Source: a virus
Taxonomy: Duplodnaviria > Caudoviricetes
Direction: 5' to 3' (one strand)
Length of the DNA stretch: 64,000 bases
IMG/VR virus record: IMGVR_UViG_3300043077_000173
Coordinates: 46,259 to 110,258 of that record
Part shown: positions 40,888 to 52,269 of the stretch, in pieces
Position numbering within the stretch: the first letter of the stretch is position 1
Layout: the number at the start of each line of letters is the position of its first letter
Program-made: the position numbers and the translations under genes
The notes under the pieces: generated by a model
What the model saw: the letters and a program-made list of their open reading frames with translations, nothing else
The model's database searches: none
Told to the model about the DNA's origin: nothing

Positions 40888-43800
40888 CTATTGTCCAATC
40901 TTGATATTTGATGAAGTAATATTCGAAATAATCTGTACATCATCAATTGTAGCAGATGATAGTAAGATTTCGTCCGCATCACAGTTGATTTCAAATAAAT
41001 TACCAAACTTATTTGTCGAATATGAAGGAACAATCACTACTGAACTAATGTTTGAACCAAGTTGTTCGTCAATATACGCCGATAATTTGGTATAATAGAA
41101 CGTTTGTCCTGGTTCTAGATCTTCAAAATAGTCATCAATACAGTTAACGCTCAATGTTGTCGTATCACTCTTGATAACTCTAAAGCTTGCCCTCAATTCT
41201 GCGTCAGCTTGATTACCAAACAATACTCTGTAATGTATTGGGTTCCATACCATACTATCAGAAATCATATCATAGTCTTCAAGGTCTGCAAACATCGATC
41301 TTAACTCTGTAGCTGTTGGAACTTTTGGAAATTCTCCGCTCTTACCATTGTTGAGCCAGTTATAAACGTTTGAATAATAATCTGTTGTCAAAACATACAT
41401 ATCAATAATGTTTGTTGGACAAGGATCTATTAAATGCTTATTTGACGCATAGTGTTGCCAAATGAATGAAATGTTTCCGATACCAGTCTTTGTTGTCCAT
41501 AAATCTCTTTCATATCTTGTCAACGTTTTTGTTCTATAGTTCCACGATAATAATTCTTCACCAACAGTTGTAACCTCATAATCGGCTAAATAATCTTCGT
41601 CAACGGTTGGATCAATCTCACTTTTCCAAGTAAAATCAACAATTTTTCCATCATCAACAATATCATAATCGTATGTATAGCCTTTAGCCCAAGTATGTGG
41701 ATTATTTTTTGTAGCTACAAGCGTTTCACCATTAGATAATTTAACTGTCTTTGTTATTGTAACATCATGAGGTAGTTTAGTTCCAGCTGTATATATTGTT
41801 CCAGAAATATTACAATGATATAATCCAGAAACTGTTGTATTTCCCCATAAAGATTCTATCTCAACAACGTTTGAATTATATGAATCATCAATAAAGTACA
41901 AATTTTGTGATTTAATTGCTGTCATATCTTGAAACTCAAACGGATTATCAATAGATTCGTCTTTATCGGAGTTGTATCCATAAACGTATACTTTACGGTT
42001 GTCTTCAAAACCGTCTACATAACGTATTGTTTCACATGGTTTCCAGTAATAATCTCTACTATAACCGTTTATTGATAATACTTTAATGTAATCCTTTGTC
42101 GAAAACTCATTTTCAGAAATCTTTGTATCAGTATTAAAGAAAAACGTTGCTGTATTTGCTGAACCAAAGATGTATTTCAAACTTTTTACATAAAATGAAT
42201 ACATGTTTGGTGAATTATACTCTGCTTTAAAGATCCATGTATCATTGCTTAAATCTTCTGCACCAATAATTTCCCAAGATGTTGTAGAATCATTGTATGT
42301 CAAACCAAATGATGTTCTTGAATCAATTAGTTCTTGAATACTACTGCTAACCGTTGTTGTCAATGATGTTTTGAAAGGATTGAAGTATTCGGTCATAGTC
42401 CAAACGTGTTCACTATCATCCTCGCTCAGTACTTCATTTATATTAACGGTATAATCAGAGTATGTTAATTCATCGAACTCATAACTGATAATTGATGCCC
42501 AGCGTTCTTCTTTTGTCTTACTGTTTATAAAATGAAGCATATTACCAGTTTTAATAAACGATTTCATCGCAGAATATTCTGTGTCATAACCATCCGCATC
42601 AACGAATATACCAGCACTATTGTTAGATCCTTGTGTATATTTTTCTCTCCATTTCACAGTCGTGTTCATTTTAACCGATTGATAGTTATCAAAATAATAA
42701 TTTTTCAAACCATTTGAGTTAATCATCGGTAAAATGTAGTCATTAACAACTGTTCGAGAATTTGTTGTCGTATCTACTGTTATATCATTTGATTCAATGA
42801 TATTGTCTTTGTATAGATAGCCATCTTCCGCAAGAATATTTAAATCCTGATATGTACCAGTTCCTTCATTAAACTGAATATACCTAGAGTTTCCAGAATA
42901 GTTTCTAACAACGGCTTTACATTTTTTTATCAATGTACCATATGATTTTGGGAAATTGTTGTAATCTTCACCAGTTACCATACGGTTTTGTGTTGAATAA
43001 ACTCTTGGAGCATTTTCACGAATTGTTTCGACTTGTTCTTGAACAACGGATTGTCTAATATGAGAAATATCTTGTACACTAAAGTTAAGCGTTAAGTAAT
43101 AAATGTTCTCATCAGTCGTATTGTTTGAATAATATGGAATCTTTACAGAAACATTTTTAATGTCAGCAGGTTTAATGTAAAGGTTTGAGTTACCATGTGA
43201 TACACGATACCATACCCTGAATACACCATAAGGAATTGTTCCAAAATTTCCATCAGAGAATCTTAAAATAATCGTATCATTATCTCTTGTTTCAACCTTA
43301 AAGACATCTCGTACATCATTATCAGTGTTATTGTAATCAAGATATTCTGTGTTGGCAATCTTTGTCCAGTTACTCTTTACAAGACCCGTAGAAGAGTTTA
43401 ACTCCTGAAACCATACATCATATTCATTGATATTTGATGTATCGATTTCATAACTATTGTTCTCAATCTTGTTGCTAAAGTTTATAACTTGATAATTTAA
43501 TGTACCCTGTTTCCAATATACGAAGAAACCAGTATTTTTTGAACTATTTCCAGATCCATCATTTCTGTAAAGAATATGAAATGCTTGTTCAGGAGTTGGA
43601 GTACGTTCATCCAAAACGTTTAAGGTCGTATCAATATCAGCATTTACTACTTCAAAGTTTTGCGAACTACCATTTACGGCAGCCGAGAAAGAATATGCAC
43701 ATTTTGTACTTGATACATTGTTTATTTGATAAAGTTGTGTCGAAACAGTGTCAACAACAGCTTTTTTTAATGGTTTACCATAGGGATTCGTTGAGGTAAA

Positions 43801-44274
43801 TGCCGAATTAAGGATTAATAAGAAATGCTCTAACCAATCTTCATCCGTTGAATCGTTCCATGTAACGGTTGTATCCTTTAAAGATTTTCCAAGCATATCA
43901 ACAACTGGTTGGGTTGTAGAAATTGATGTAAGCTTTGCTATACCATTTGCACAAATATTTCTTTTAGGCGAATAAGAAAGCATTTTAGTAAAGTTTAATA
44001 ATGATTGCTTTCTCTCTGTTGTTGAAGGGAACACATCATGAGCATTTAAGTCAACTCTATAATGAATGCTTTCACCAAGATATGCTAAACCATTAGCAAA
44101 AATTCCGGCTTCACTACTTTACGCCCAGTCATTATAGTTTTCAGGGTTATTAACAGTTACATAGTATCTAATAACCTCTTTTAACGAATCAAAATCACCA
44201 GCAACAAAGTTTACAACGTTCTTATACTTGTCATAAATGTCTGTCCAAGACTCGGAATAGTTTGTAATGCTCAT
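40888..44274 (-). CDS. baseplate wedge subunit (gp6-like), interrupted by one in-frame TAA at 44119-44121
   Basis: The two listed ORFs share a frame: DFDSLKE..Y..NPENYNDWA*SSEAGIF..LAYLGESIHYRVDLNA..F..TERKQS; FSDGNFG; TQNRMVTGEDYN. Confidence 0.85.
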
Positions 44275-44376
44275 ACTTATTTTCCTTAACCAATATATAG
44301 AATATTTATTACTCACAAAAGAGTTACTAAACCCATTTATCATAAATACCATTATAATAGTTTAAGGTATTTTAAA

Positions 44377-47355
44377 ATGGCAAAAAACACTACTCAAATT
44401 AGTTTGATCAAACATCGTAGAGGGAAATTATCTGAATTACCAACACAATTAAATGAAGGTGAATTTGGTCTAGCTCTAGATACCAACCAATTGTTTATCG
44501 GTAACCCTGAAAATGATGAACTCTCACAAAGAATTGAGGAAAATATCTTCCCTTATGGTAACATAGAGGTTTTAACAGAGTTCACAGACAACCTCAACAA
44601 AATCAAATACACATACAAGTCAAACACAGATGTTACCGCCAGACTACCTATTGTTATATATGGTAGTAATGCTAACCCAATTTTGCCAGCAAACAGTTCA
44701 ATCATCTTAAACTCCGATGAAATTTATTTTAAGAACAACTCTAGCTTACAAACTATTGTTGAAACAATTAATGAAGAATCTACCGAAGTTAAAGCGTTTA
44801 TTTATGACAATGCTTTTGTAGGCTTGATCTCAAATAGTACCGAAATTTTTATTGAAGATGGTACAGTTGGTACTACAAGTAACGTTTCATTATTAGGCTT
44901 TGGGGAAGATAGCTTTTATTCTCAAACTTCCGAAACATTACCTCAAAGAACTTTACAATCAACCTTAGATGATTATTGTTCAATCAAATCATTCGGCGTA
45001 AAAGGTAATGGAACTACAGATGATTCCGAAGCAATCTTTAATGCAATCATTTCTATAAACAAAGCTGGAGAAGAACCACAATTTTATAGAACCATTTACA
45101 TTCCAGCTGGTATATATAATATTTCTACAAAGCCCGTCCCATTACCAACCGGTACACATTTAAAAGGTGATGGTATAGGAAGAACCGTTATTAAAAACAA
45201 AGATTTATCCGAATGTTTAGTAATGGTTATGGATGATAATTACAACGTTGCTAATGCTACATCCTTTGGAAAAGATTCTAAAATCATTTCTAATATAATC
45301 GTTGAAGATCTAACGTTTGACGGCTCGGAAAATGATTCACAAATCTTGTCATTAGGATCTGTTGAAAACGTTTTATTCAAAAATGTCGAGTTCATAGGTA
45401 CTGATTTAACAACCCTTATCAATATTTCAAATAGCACATATAACAACAGTTCTCTACATATCGTTTTTGAAAACTGTGTATTCGATAACTGCTATCACGC
45501 TTTAACATCATCAACAAACGTTGAACACCTTGTTATTTCACACTGTTTATTCAAAGATTGTAACCACGAAGCTATCATTTTCAACAAATCAACAAATAAA
45601 ATCATCAATTCAATCATTGACGGAAACGATTTTGTAAATTGTGGTACAGGAAGCTATTTAATCATATCATTGTCTGAAAACTGTGAATATGTATCTGTTA
45701 TCAATAACAAATTTGAAGATAATGTCGCTAATAAAATATCTCCGATAGAAGCTTATTCATCAACATCTGACAAAACATTTACTGACATTCTTGATGCCAC
45801 AACAGATACCAAAAAGCTTTTACAGTTCAAGTTTACCCAACCCGTTTGGGAATATATTGACTATTTAATGAATCCAAATGGTCAGTATATATTAAAATCA
45901 GAATATGGTACAACCATTATAAATGGTGAAGAAAAAGCATCAGATTTAACAAACGGTTTAATCCTAACACAAGGTGATGCAACAAATGGAAATACCGTTT
46001 CTCTAAAATCTTCTTTAGATTATGGTGATATATCAATTAGTGGTAATGCATATGGATCTGTTCATTTAGGATCGGCCAATGAAACATCTCTTGAAGAATA
46101 TAACGAATATTATAACTATCACGAAGATGATATCATTATTTCATATGATTCTGTAAATCCTGGTATATATCGTTGTATCAGTCCTTGTACTGGTATTGGT
46201 ATCACAAATGAGGACTATTGGGAATATGTAGGTTCATTTGATCCTTCCATAATTCTTCATCATCAATTAGATGTCAATGAAAACGTTATCACAAACACAG
46301 GTACTTCCGGAGATATTGAATTTAAGATCGATGGTTCTGGTATTATGAAGGTTACAACCGAGTCTGATGGTGATACAGATGGAGCAACAGTTTATGCAAA
46401 TAATATCGCTTCAACAACAAATGCTATTGCAACGGTAGCATATGTTAATAAAGCAGCTTCATCGACAATTATAAATGAGTTCAATTACAACACTTTGATT
46501 GCAGATCCAGTCAACAAGTTCGATCTAATCACTTTTGACCCAAATATCTATGGAGATGTCGTTAATATTGATAAAATCTCTATCAATGTTCGTGTTCCTT
46601 TCTATCCTATTCAAGATCGTATTGCAGATGCTCAAACTTGGCAGCCATACAGCAAATACTATAAAGGCGATATCGTTTACTCTGCTGATGAAGGCATTTA
46701 TATGATATGCTTAGACGATCATATTTCTGGGGAAACAACTGATAATGGCGATAATGCTGACAACTATTGGGACGAGGTTAAAGTATCAGGTACTTGTTTA
46801 GATGGTTCTACAACCAATTTCAACGATGTCAAATACATCTCAATCATTGCCACAAATGATACAGAAAACCCTGCTCGTCTATTGTTTAATAAAAACGAAA
46901 TTGATATTACAAAGCGTGATATTCACTCAACTTATTATCCAGATTGGACTGCTAATAAAGCTTACAAAGTTGACGATAAAGTATCTTATCAAAATCGTTA
47001 TTGGAAATGCTTGAAAGCTCATACATCATCTGAAGCTACTGATTTGCATGATTCCAGCTTATGGACAATCATTTCAGAAGAAGGTTTTAACTACATCTAT
47101 GATTTTGATAGAGAAATTACACCAATTGATTTCAAAACAGAAGTTGAACTTGACGGAGAATCTTTAGAAACAACAAAGGTTTATAACTACTCTGGGTATA
47201 GACTTTATATGGAAATGTTTGATGAAAACATGAATCTAGTTCCTATAGCTAAACACGTCGAAGGTCAAGAAGATGATGACATTAGCTATTTTATGCAACT
47301 TTGCCCGACAGGTTATATGACAATTAGCATTCACTATATACGAGGTGAAAAATAA
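44377..47355 (+). CDS. tail fibre/spike with pectate-lyase-like beta-helix and CBM5/12-like modules
   Basis: RRG..LP.QL.EGE.GLA.DT..LFIG; FGVKGNGTTDDSEAI..AI, IYIPAGIY; W....YKVDDKVSY..RYWKCLKAHTS; CATAAATA at 44341. Confidence 0.75.
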   Translation: MAKNTTQISLIKHRRGKLSELPTQLNEGEFGLALDTNQLFIGNPENDELSQRIEENIFPYGNIEVLTEFTDNLNKIKYTYKSNTDVTARLPIVIYGSNANPILPANSSIILNSDEIYFKNNSSLQTIVETINEESTEVKAFIYDNAFVGLISNSTEIFIEDGTVGTTSNVSLLGFGEDSFYSQTSETLPQRTLQSTLDDYCSIKSFGVKGNGTTDDSEAIFNAIISINKAGEEPQFYRTIYIPAGIYNISTKPVPLPTGTHLKGDGIGRTVIKNKDLSECLVMVMDDNYNVANATSFGKDSKIISNIIVEDLTFDGSENDSQILSLGSVENVLFKNVEFIGTDLTTLINISNSTYNNSSLHIVFENCVFDNCYHALTSSTNVEHLVISHCLFKDCNHEAIIFNKSTNKIINSIIDGNDFVNCGTGSYLIISLSENCEYVSVINNKFEDNVANKISPIEAYSSTSDKTFTDILDATTDTKKLLQFKFTQPVWEYIDYLMNPNGQYILKSEYGTTIINGEEKASDLTNGLILTQGDATNGNTVSLKSSLDYGDISISGNAYGSVHLGSANETSLEEYNEYYNYHEDDIIISYDSVNPGIYRCISPCTGIGITNEDYWEYVGSFDPSIILHHQLDVNENVITNTGTSGDIEFKIDGSGIMKVTTESDGDTDGATVYANNIASTTNAIATVAYVNKAASSTIINEFNYNTLIADPVNKFDLITFDPNIYGDVVNIDKISINVRVPFYPIQDRIADAQTWQPYSKYYKGDIVYSADEGIYMICLDDHISGETTDNGDNADNYWDEVKVSGTCLDGSTTNFNDVKYISIIATNDTENPARLLFNKNEIDITKRDIHSTYYPDWTANKAYKVDDKVSYQNRYWKCLKAHTSSEATDLHDSSLWTIISEEGFNYIYDFDREITPIDFKTEVELDGESLETTKVYNYSGYRLYMEMFDENMNLVPIAKHVEGQEDDDISYFMQLCPTGYMTISIHYIRGEK

Positions 47356-47356
47356 T

Positions 47357-47377
47357 AAAAGGGCTTTAAGCCCTTTT
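47357..47377. terminator. bidirectional intrinsic terminator
   Basis: aaaagggctt-t-aagccctttt. Confidence 0.7.
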
Positions 47378-48676
47378 ATTTAACCATTCATTAAATTCAT
47401 CAAGAGAAAAGAATTCCACCCATATATATTGTGGATGTTCTTTAGCCCATTTTCGTTTATTAGGATCTTTTATAGTCCACGACATAATAGCTCTCTCGAA
47501 ATATCCACTATTTTTATTCTTCATAATTTCAACTATTTTTCTATGTGTTTCATTTAAATCATCATATGGACAATGTGCTGAATAAACTATCCCATTTTCA
47601 GTAATGTATGTTGGACCATGTACCCACGAGCCTTGATATTCAATAATCGTATTAGTCTCTGGTATATAAATATCAGCAATTCCCGGATAACTATCTTCTC
47701 TCCACTGGCTAATAGCTGACGGATAAATTATCTTCACTTTTTCCAATAATTCATTTTCTTCTACCGATAGATGGTTTTCACGGTTCTTGATTTTATTGGA
47801 TAGCGTTTTTACAGCTTTTTCTTGATATTCTTCACGATGCTCGTCAAACTGTTGACTAGATACAAACCACTCACTTCCGTATTTCTCTAAATTTGTTTGT
47901 TTTGTTTTTTGCTTATATTCATCTGTCATTGGAAAATATTCAGCACCATATTTTTCAATCATCGTTTTCTTTGATTGCTCTCTAAAATCATCTTTATTAA
48001 ATATACAAGCTACACCATATCTTTCTTGATTAGTTGTTTCTATCTTCTCTCTAATCTCTTTCGCTGTAGCAAAATGATTTACACCGTATATTTTTTGGCT
48101 TGTTTCTTTAATTTGCTCTTTGTATTTGTCGCATTTTGAATAATGATCTACGCCATATCTATCTTCCAGTGTTTTCTTGGATTTTTCTTTAATCATTTCA
48201 TTTTGAAATACGTTATCAACACCATATTTCTCTCTTACAGTCTTTCTTTGTTTTTCTTGAACTTCTTTATTTTGAAAGGATGACTTGTAACCATATCGCT
48301 TTATATTTGTTTCAGAAACTTTCTTTTTTACTTCTTCTAAAGAAGATGTATAAGGTACACCATATAGCTTAATATTTGTTTTTTGAGTATTTAATAAAGC
48401 TAACTTTTTATCTTTTTTAATGTTATATTTTTCTAAACAGTGAACAATAACGGCATCACTAACCTTAAATAACTTACATAATTCAGCCCTTCTAAGATTT
48501 ATTTCAAGGTATAAATGCCTAAAATCTTCTTCATAAGGTAATTCAAATTTCAATTGATTACGAATCGGTTCACGAATACATTTTTGTAAAGGATCTATAA
48601 TATAATCACGTTTATATTTAAAATCATCAGTAATACCAAATTTATCACGCAAATATGTATAAATATTGTCAGACAT
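47366..48676 (-). CDS. free-standing putative homing endonuclease, paralog 3
   Basis: KRDY..PL...LY.E.N N-terminus, about 8 YGV/YGA repeats, ADIYIPETNTIIEYQG; TATAAATA at 48699-48706. Confidence 0.7.
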   Translation of the reverse strand: MSDNIYTYLRDKFGITDDFKYKRDYIIDPLQKCIREPIRNQLKFELPYEEDFRHLYLEINLRRAELCKLFKVSDAVIVHCLEKYNIKKDKKLALLNTQKTNIKLYGVPYTSSLEEVKKKVSETNIKRYGYKSSFQNKEVQEKQRKTVREKYGVDNVFQNEMIKEKSKKTLEDRYGVDHYSKCDKYKEQIKETSQKIYGVNHFATAKEIREKIETTNQERYGVACIFNKDDFREQSKKTMIEKYGAEYFPMTDEYKQKTKQTNLEKYGSEWFVSSQQFDEHREEYQEKAVKTLSNKIKNRENHLSVEENELLEKVKIIYPSAISQWREDSYPGIADIYIPETNTIIEYQGSWVHGPTYITENGIVYSAHCPYDDLNETHRKIVEIMKNKNSGYFERAIMSWTIKDPNKRKWAKEHPQYIWVEFFSLDEFNEWLNKRA

Positions 48677-48722
48677 ATAAACCCTTTATTTTTAGGATTA
48701 TTTATACAACAGGATTTTTAAA

Positions 48723-49025
48723 ATGAAGTTATCACTCTTTTTAAATGAACAATTAGTTCAATCGTCTTGGATCGAAGATATATCATTTAAGGGCCGTCAC
48801 AATATGTTGTTTCCGGGTGAATCTTTCATAACCTTTAAAGTAAAAGGTAATCCTAAAACCTATATCTGTAGAGGTGTTACAAGAAAAGATTTCTTAGATT
48901 GGATTAACAGTCCTTCTAAAGGAAGATATTGGCATCAAATCTTTAAGCACATCATTAATAGGGATTGGTATTTAACAAATCCTTTCAGAATCGTTAACTA
49001 CGGTAAGATTAAGCCCAACAAATAA
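48723..49025 (+). CDS. KTSC-domain protein
   Basis: SSWIEDISF...ITFK...Y..GV....F..WINSPSKGRYWH. Confidence 0.65.
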   Translation: MKLSLFLNEQLVQSSWIEDISFKGRHNMLFPGESFITFKVKGNPKTYICRGVTRKDFLDWINSPSKGRYWHQIFKHIINRDWYLTNPFRIVNYGKIKPNK

Positions 49026-49148
49026 ATGATCAATAAATACTTCCAGTAAAAACGAAACGACAAGACTAAGAGGATTATCTTGCCGTTTCTAAACATCAAA
49101 AAACATAAAGACCAGGAGTTTAAAGGTCTGAAAATAAGGAATTTTAAG

Positions 49149-49226
49149 ATGTCTGATTTTATTTATTCAACTACTGTTCAAAATAGCTTAAAAATAAAAA
49201 AGCACCATGGAAGTGAAAGGAATTAA
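49149..49226 (+). CDS. 25-aa leader ORF in frame with the downstream gene
   Basis: AAGGA SD; MSDFIYSTTVQNSLKIKKHHGSERN*; stops 6 nt before the next ATG. Confidence 0.45.
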   Translation: MSDFIYSTTVQNSLKIKKHHGSERN

Positions 49227-49232
49227 GCTTCC

Positions 49233-51203
49233 ATGATGTTACAAGATATATATATTACGGATAATGATGAAAGTCAAATAAAAAATATTCTTGACAACAA
49301 TATTATTATGCATTATAGTAAGACACGTTTGTTGGAAGATTTAATGTTAAACTATATTGCTGATACATATTTTAATGAAATAAAGGATTACAATAAAGAT
49401 ATTGTATCTTTTAAGCAATCTTTTTTCCAAAACGTTGATATAAACGATTTAAAGAATTTACTCCATATTTTATCTTACAATATTCAATTCAATTCAACAA
49501 ACTATCGTTGGGGTAAACGTTTTTTCAGTAAAGATCAGAGAAGATTAACTTGGATGTCAGATACCAACAAACAAATCCAAGCCAAATTCTGGTCTCATGA
49601 AAATCATCAAATGGAAAACTATTGGAAAAACATCAAATTCACAGATGATATGATTAGTGATCACTTTCTATCTTGCTATAAATGCAATAGAAAGGTTAGT
49701 TTTTATTACAAGCTTTCAGAAACGGCAAAAGCTGAATTAAAGGATTATGAAAAAGCTTTAATCAACCTTTACAAAATCGATGGTAAGACATATGGTGCTT
49801 CGCAAAGAATGTATACAGATGTCTTACTGATCGATATTGACAACTATGAAGAAAGACATTCTTTGGAAACATTAGGCTTATTGTTGGATTATCTACAAAT
49901 TTCAACCGAAGATCTAATGGTATTGGAGCAAAATGTCTTCACAGGCGGTCTTCATACAGCCATCAAATTGCCTTATGTGATTGATAATCTGGAGGTTTAC
50001 TCGGAAATAATGACTCATTTGAAAGAAATAGACATTAAGATCGAGTGTAACTTCATGAATAATTTCTTGAGATTACCATTATCTTATGAATATGTTGCGA
50101 TTAAAAAGACTGATAAAATCTTTATGTTTGATGAATTTATCCCTGAATCTTTATGGGAACAGTCTTTTGAAGAATATTTCAAGAACATTAACTTAAATCC
50201 TTGTAAATCAGAGGTTTTAGATAGTCTTTTACAAAAAGATGAGCCAGATAATAAATGGAAAAACTATTGGAAAACATCTAAGACAAGATTTTATACAAAG
50301 AATACAAGCAATTTAAGAAAAGCCTTTAAGGTATATGATATTACAAAAGGTAACAGATATAAAACCTTGTCAAAAATCATTCCAATGCTAAAGGCTTTAG
50401 GATGTAGTTTGGATGAAACCGTTGATATCATTAAAGAACACAATGTTGACTCAAAAGATTTAGCTAAATGGTCTAAGAGCAAATTGAAGAAAAACATTGA
50501 AGGGTTTTATAACAAGTGCAATCTATCTATAAACGTCAAAAAACGTTCTTACAGAGGTTTTATTTCAAACATTGATAAGTTACCTATCCAGACTTTAAAC
50601 TTTCTTTCTAGCGATGATTTTAGGGATAATATAGTTAAAAAATTTATCTCATATTATTTAAGAGAAAGGAATAAGGATGGTTTAAGATTAAATGATTTAA
50701 GTAAAGAAAAGAAAGACATTCTTTATAAAATCATTCCGTACATGATTCAAGAAATTATTGGTTCAATGTTTTATCACATTGATCATAAAAAGCTTACAAC
50801 TATTCAAGAAAGGATTGGTTATCAACTTTCTGATGAATATCTTATGCGTCTTCAGGATAAAGCTATAAATGATTTAAACATTGTTAATCAACATGGTTTA
50901 GCAAAAACTTCGTTACAGTATTTAAAGAGAGCTATTATTAAAAGTCTTTCTCTTAAAGAGATTAATTACAAGAATAGAAAAAGAAATTGGTTAAATGGTT
51001 CTTGTAAATCGTATGAAGTAAATTGTTTAAATGATTTATATAATTTATTACAGCATTTATTTAATAGTATTAAGGGAACTACTTTCCAATCGGATGCTCC
51101 CTCAAATATTTTATATATATCACTCGGCAGAAAACAACAGCTTTTAGAAAATGATGACTTCAATATTCATAAAAAGATGATTGACATAGATGATTGTGGA
51201 TAG
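49233..51203 (+). CDS. AEP-like primase-polymerase / Rep-like protein
   Basis: LLIDID (motif I), TGGLH (motif II), RLPL, then PriCT-like KGNRY..L. Confidence 0.55.
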   Translation: MMLQDIYITDNDESQIKNILDNNIIMHYSKTRLLEDLMLNYIADTYFNEIKDYNKDIVSFKQSFFQNVDINDLKNLLHILSYNIQFNSTNYRWGKRFFSKDQRRLTWMSDTNKQIQAKFWSHENHQMENYWKNIKFTDDMISDHFLSCYKCNRKVSFYYKLSETAKAELKDYEKALINLYKIDGKTYGASQRMYTDVLLIDIDNYEERHSLETLGLLLDYLQISTEDLMVLEQNVFTGGLHTAIKLPYVIDNLEVYSEIMTHLKEIDIKIECNFMNNFLRLPLSYEYVAIKKTDKIFMFDEFIPESLWEQSFEEYFKNINLNPCKSEVLDSLLQKDEPDNKWKNYWKTSKTRFYTKNTSNLRKAFKVYDITKGNRYKTLSKIIPMLKALGCSLDETVDIIKEHNVDSKDLAKWSKSKLKKNIEGFYNKCNLSINVKKRSYRGFISNIDKLPIQTLNFLSSDDFRDNIVKKFISYYLRERNKDGLRLNDLSKEKKDILYKIIPYMIQEIIGSMFYHIDHKKLTTIQERIGYQLSDEYLMRLQDKAINDLNIVNQHGLAKTSLQYLKRAIIKSLSLKEINYKNRKRNWLNGSCKSYEVNCLNDLYNLLQHLFNSIKGTTFQSDAPSNILYISLGRKQQLLENDDFNIHKKMIDIDDCG

Positions 51204-51305
51204 ATCATTTACAAAAAATCATTTTACGAAAATATTTTGAAATCATTTACCGTTAAAAGTTCTCCTAAAACCATTTGAGCTTAAAACCGTTTACTTAAAT
51301 CATTT
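51202..51305 (+). repeat. array of six direct AAAYCRTTT-like repeats, candidate iterons/origin
   Basis: Copies at 51202 (one mismatch), 51216, 51240, 51268, 51284, 51297. Confidence 0.6.
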
Positions 51306-51336
51306 ATAAACGCTATAAAAAGATTGAAATATTCTC

Positions 51337-51365
51337 TTGACAAAGCGTGCCAAAAATGATATACA
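51337..51365 (+). promoter_or_regulatory. sigma70-type promoter
   Basis: TTGACA-17-TATACA with TG extension. Confidence 0.6.
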
Positions 51366-51401
51366 AGAACGGTATGGTACAAATGATGAAAGGTATAAAA
51401 G

Positions 51402-52190
51402 ATGGCCAATTGGAAAGAGTTTGAAGAAGAATGCACAAGCTATTTAGAAGCGGTTTTTGGTGACTATGCTTCTTTTACCCATTTGGGTGGATCTAATGCC
51501 AACGTTGGTGATATTCGGGTTACGACCCCTACGGACGACTTTTATATCGAAGTCAAACATTGTCCTGCACAATGTGGTCAGTTTGTTCTTTTACAAGACT
51601 TAAAACATCGTACCTTTAAGTATAGTCGTAAGAATGCAACTAATGAGAGTTTATATACAGATAACATCATTTCTTATATGAATCAATCTTTTGACGAGTT
51701 TGCAGAAGCTGGAACAACAGGAAAAGAAATTGATATGGTTGATGGCTCTAAATTTTTTGCTGATTGGATTGTTAATCATTATCAAGATAGGGGTGTTAAA
51801 TTCATCATTACCAATGATTTTACTATTTTACCGATAAAGAATTTCTTGGATTATTTTGAAGTAAGCGGTAAGTATCGTGTTAAAAAAAGCGGTTCAGGAA
51901 ATGTTGGTAAAAGACGCTTGAATATGATAAAAGAATATGTTTTTTCAAATGATTATGAGATTACAAGCTTGAGAATTGATGGTGGTAAGTTATTTGTCAC
52001 TTCTACTAAAAATTTAGAAGGAAAACGTTTTGTTGTAGATGATTTTGAATACTTGTTTTCAAAGCGTGAAGGAGAATATGAGATAAGAAAGTTGTCGAGA
52101 ACATTTAATGCAAACGTTATTTTCTCAATTGTGTTGAAAGATGATGTTGAAGGAATAACAAAAGAATCGTTCATAAAGGCTCTTAAATAA
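51402..52190 (+). CDS. restriction-endonuclease-like PD-(D/E)XK nuclease
   Basis: W..FE..C..YL, GGSN...GDI...FYIEVK...QCGQF. Confidence 0.6.
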   Translation: MANWKEFEEECTSYLEAVFGDYASFTHLGGSNANVGDIRVTTPTDDFYIEVKHCPAQCGQFVLLQDLKHRTFKYSRKNATNESLYTDNIISYMNQSFDEFAEAGTTGKEIDMVDGSKFFADWIVNHYQDRGVKFIITNDFTILPIKNFLDYFEVSGKYRVKKSGSGNVGKRRLNMIKEYVFSNDYEITSLRIDGGKLFVTSTKNLEGKRFVVDDFEYLFSKREGEYEIRKLSRTFNANVIFSIVLKDDVEGITKESFIKALK

Positions 52191-52269
52191 GCCTTGACAA
52201 ACGATTTAGTAAATGATATAAGGTATACGTTGATAGAGTGTAAAACGTTTCTTGAAAGGATTTAAGTAA

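Noticed and set aside
51202-51305. CRISPR mini-array
   Set aside because: Repeats are only 9 bp, degenerate and irregularly spaced; no cas genes.
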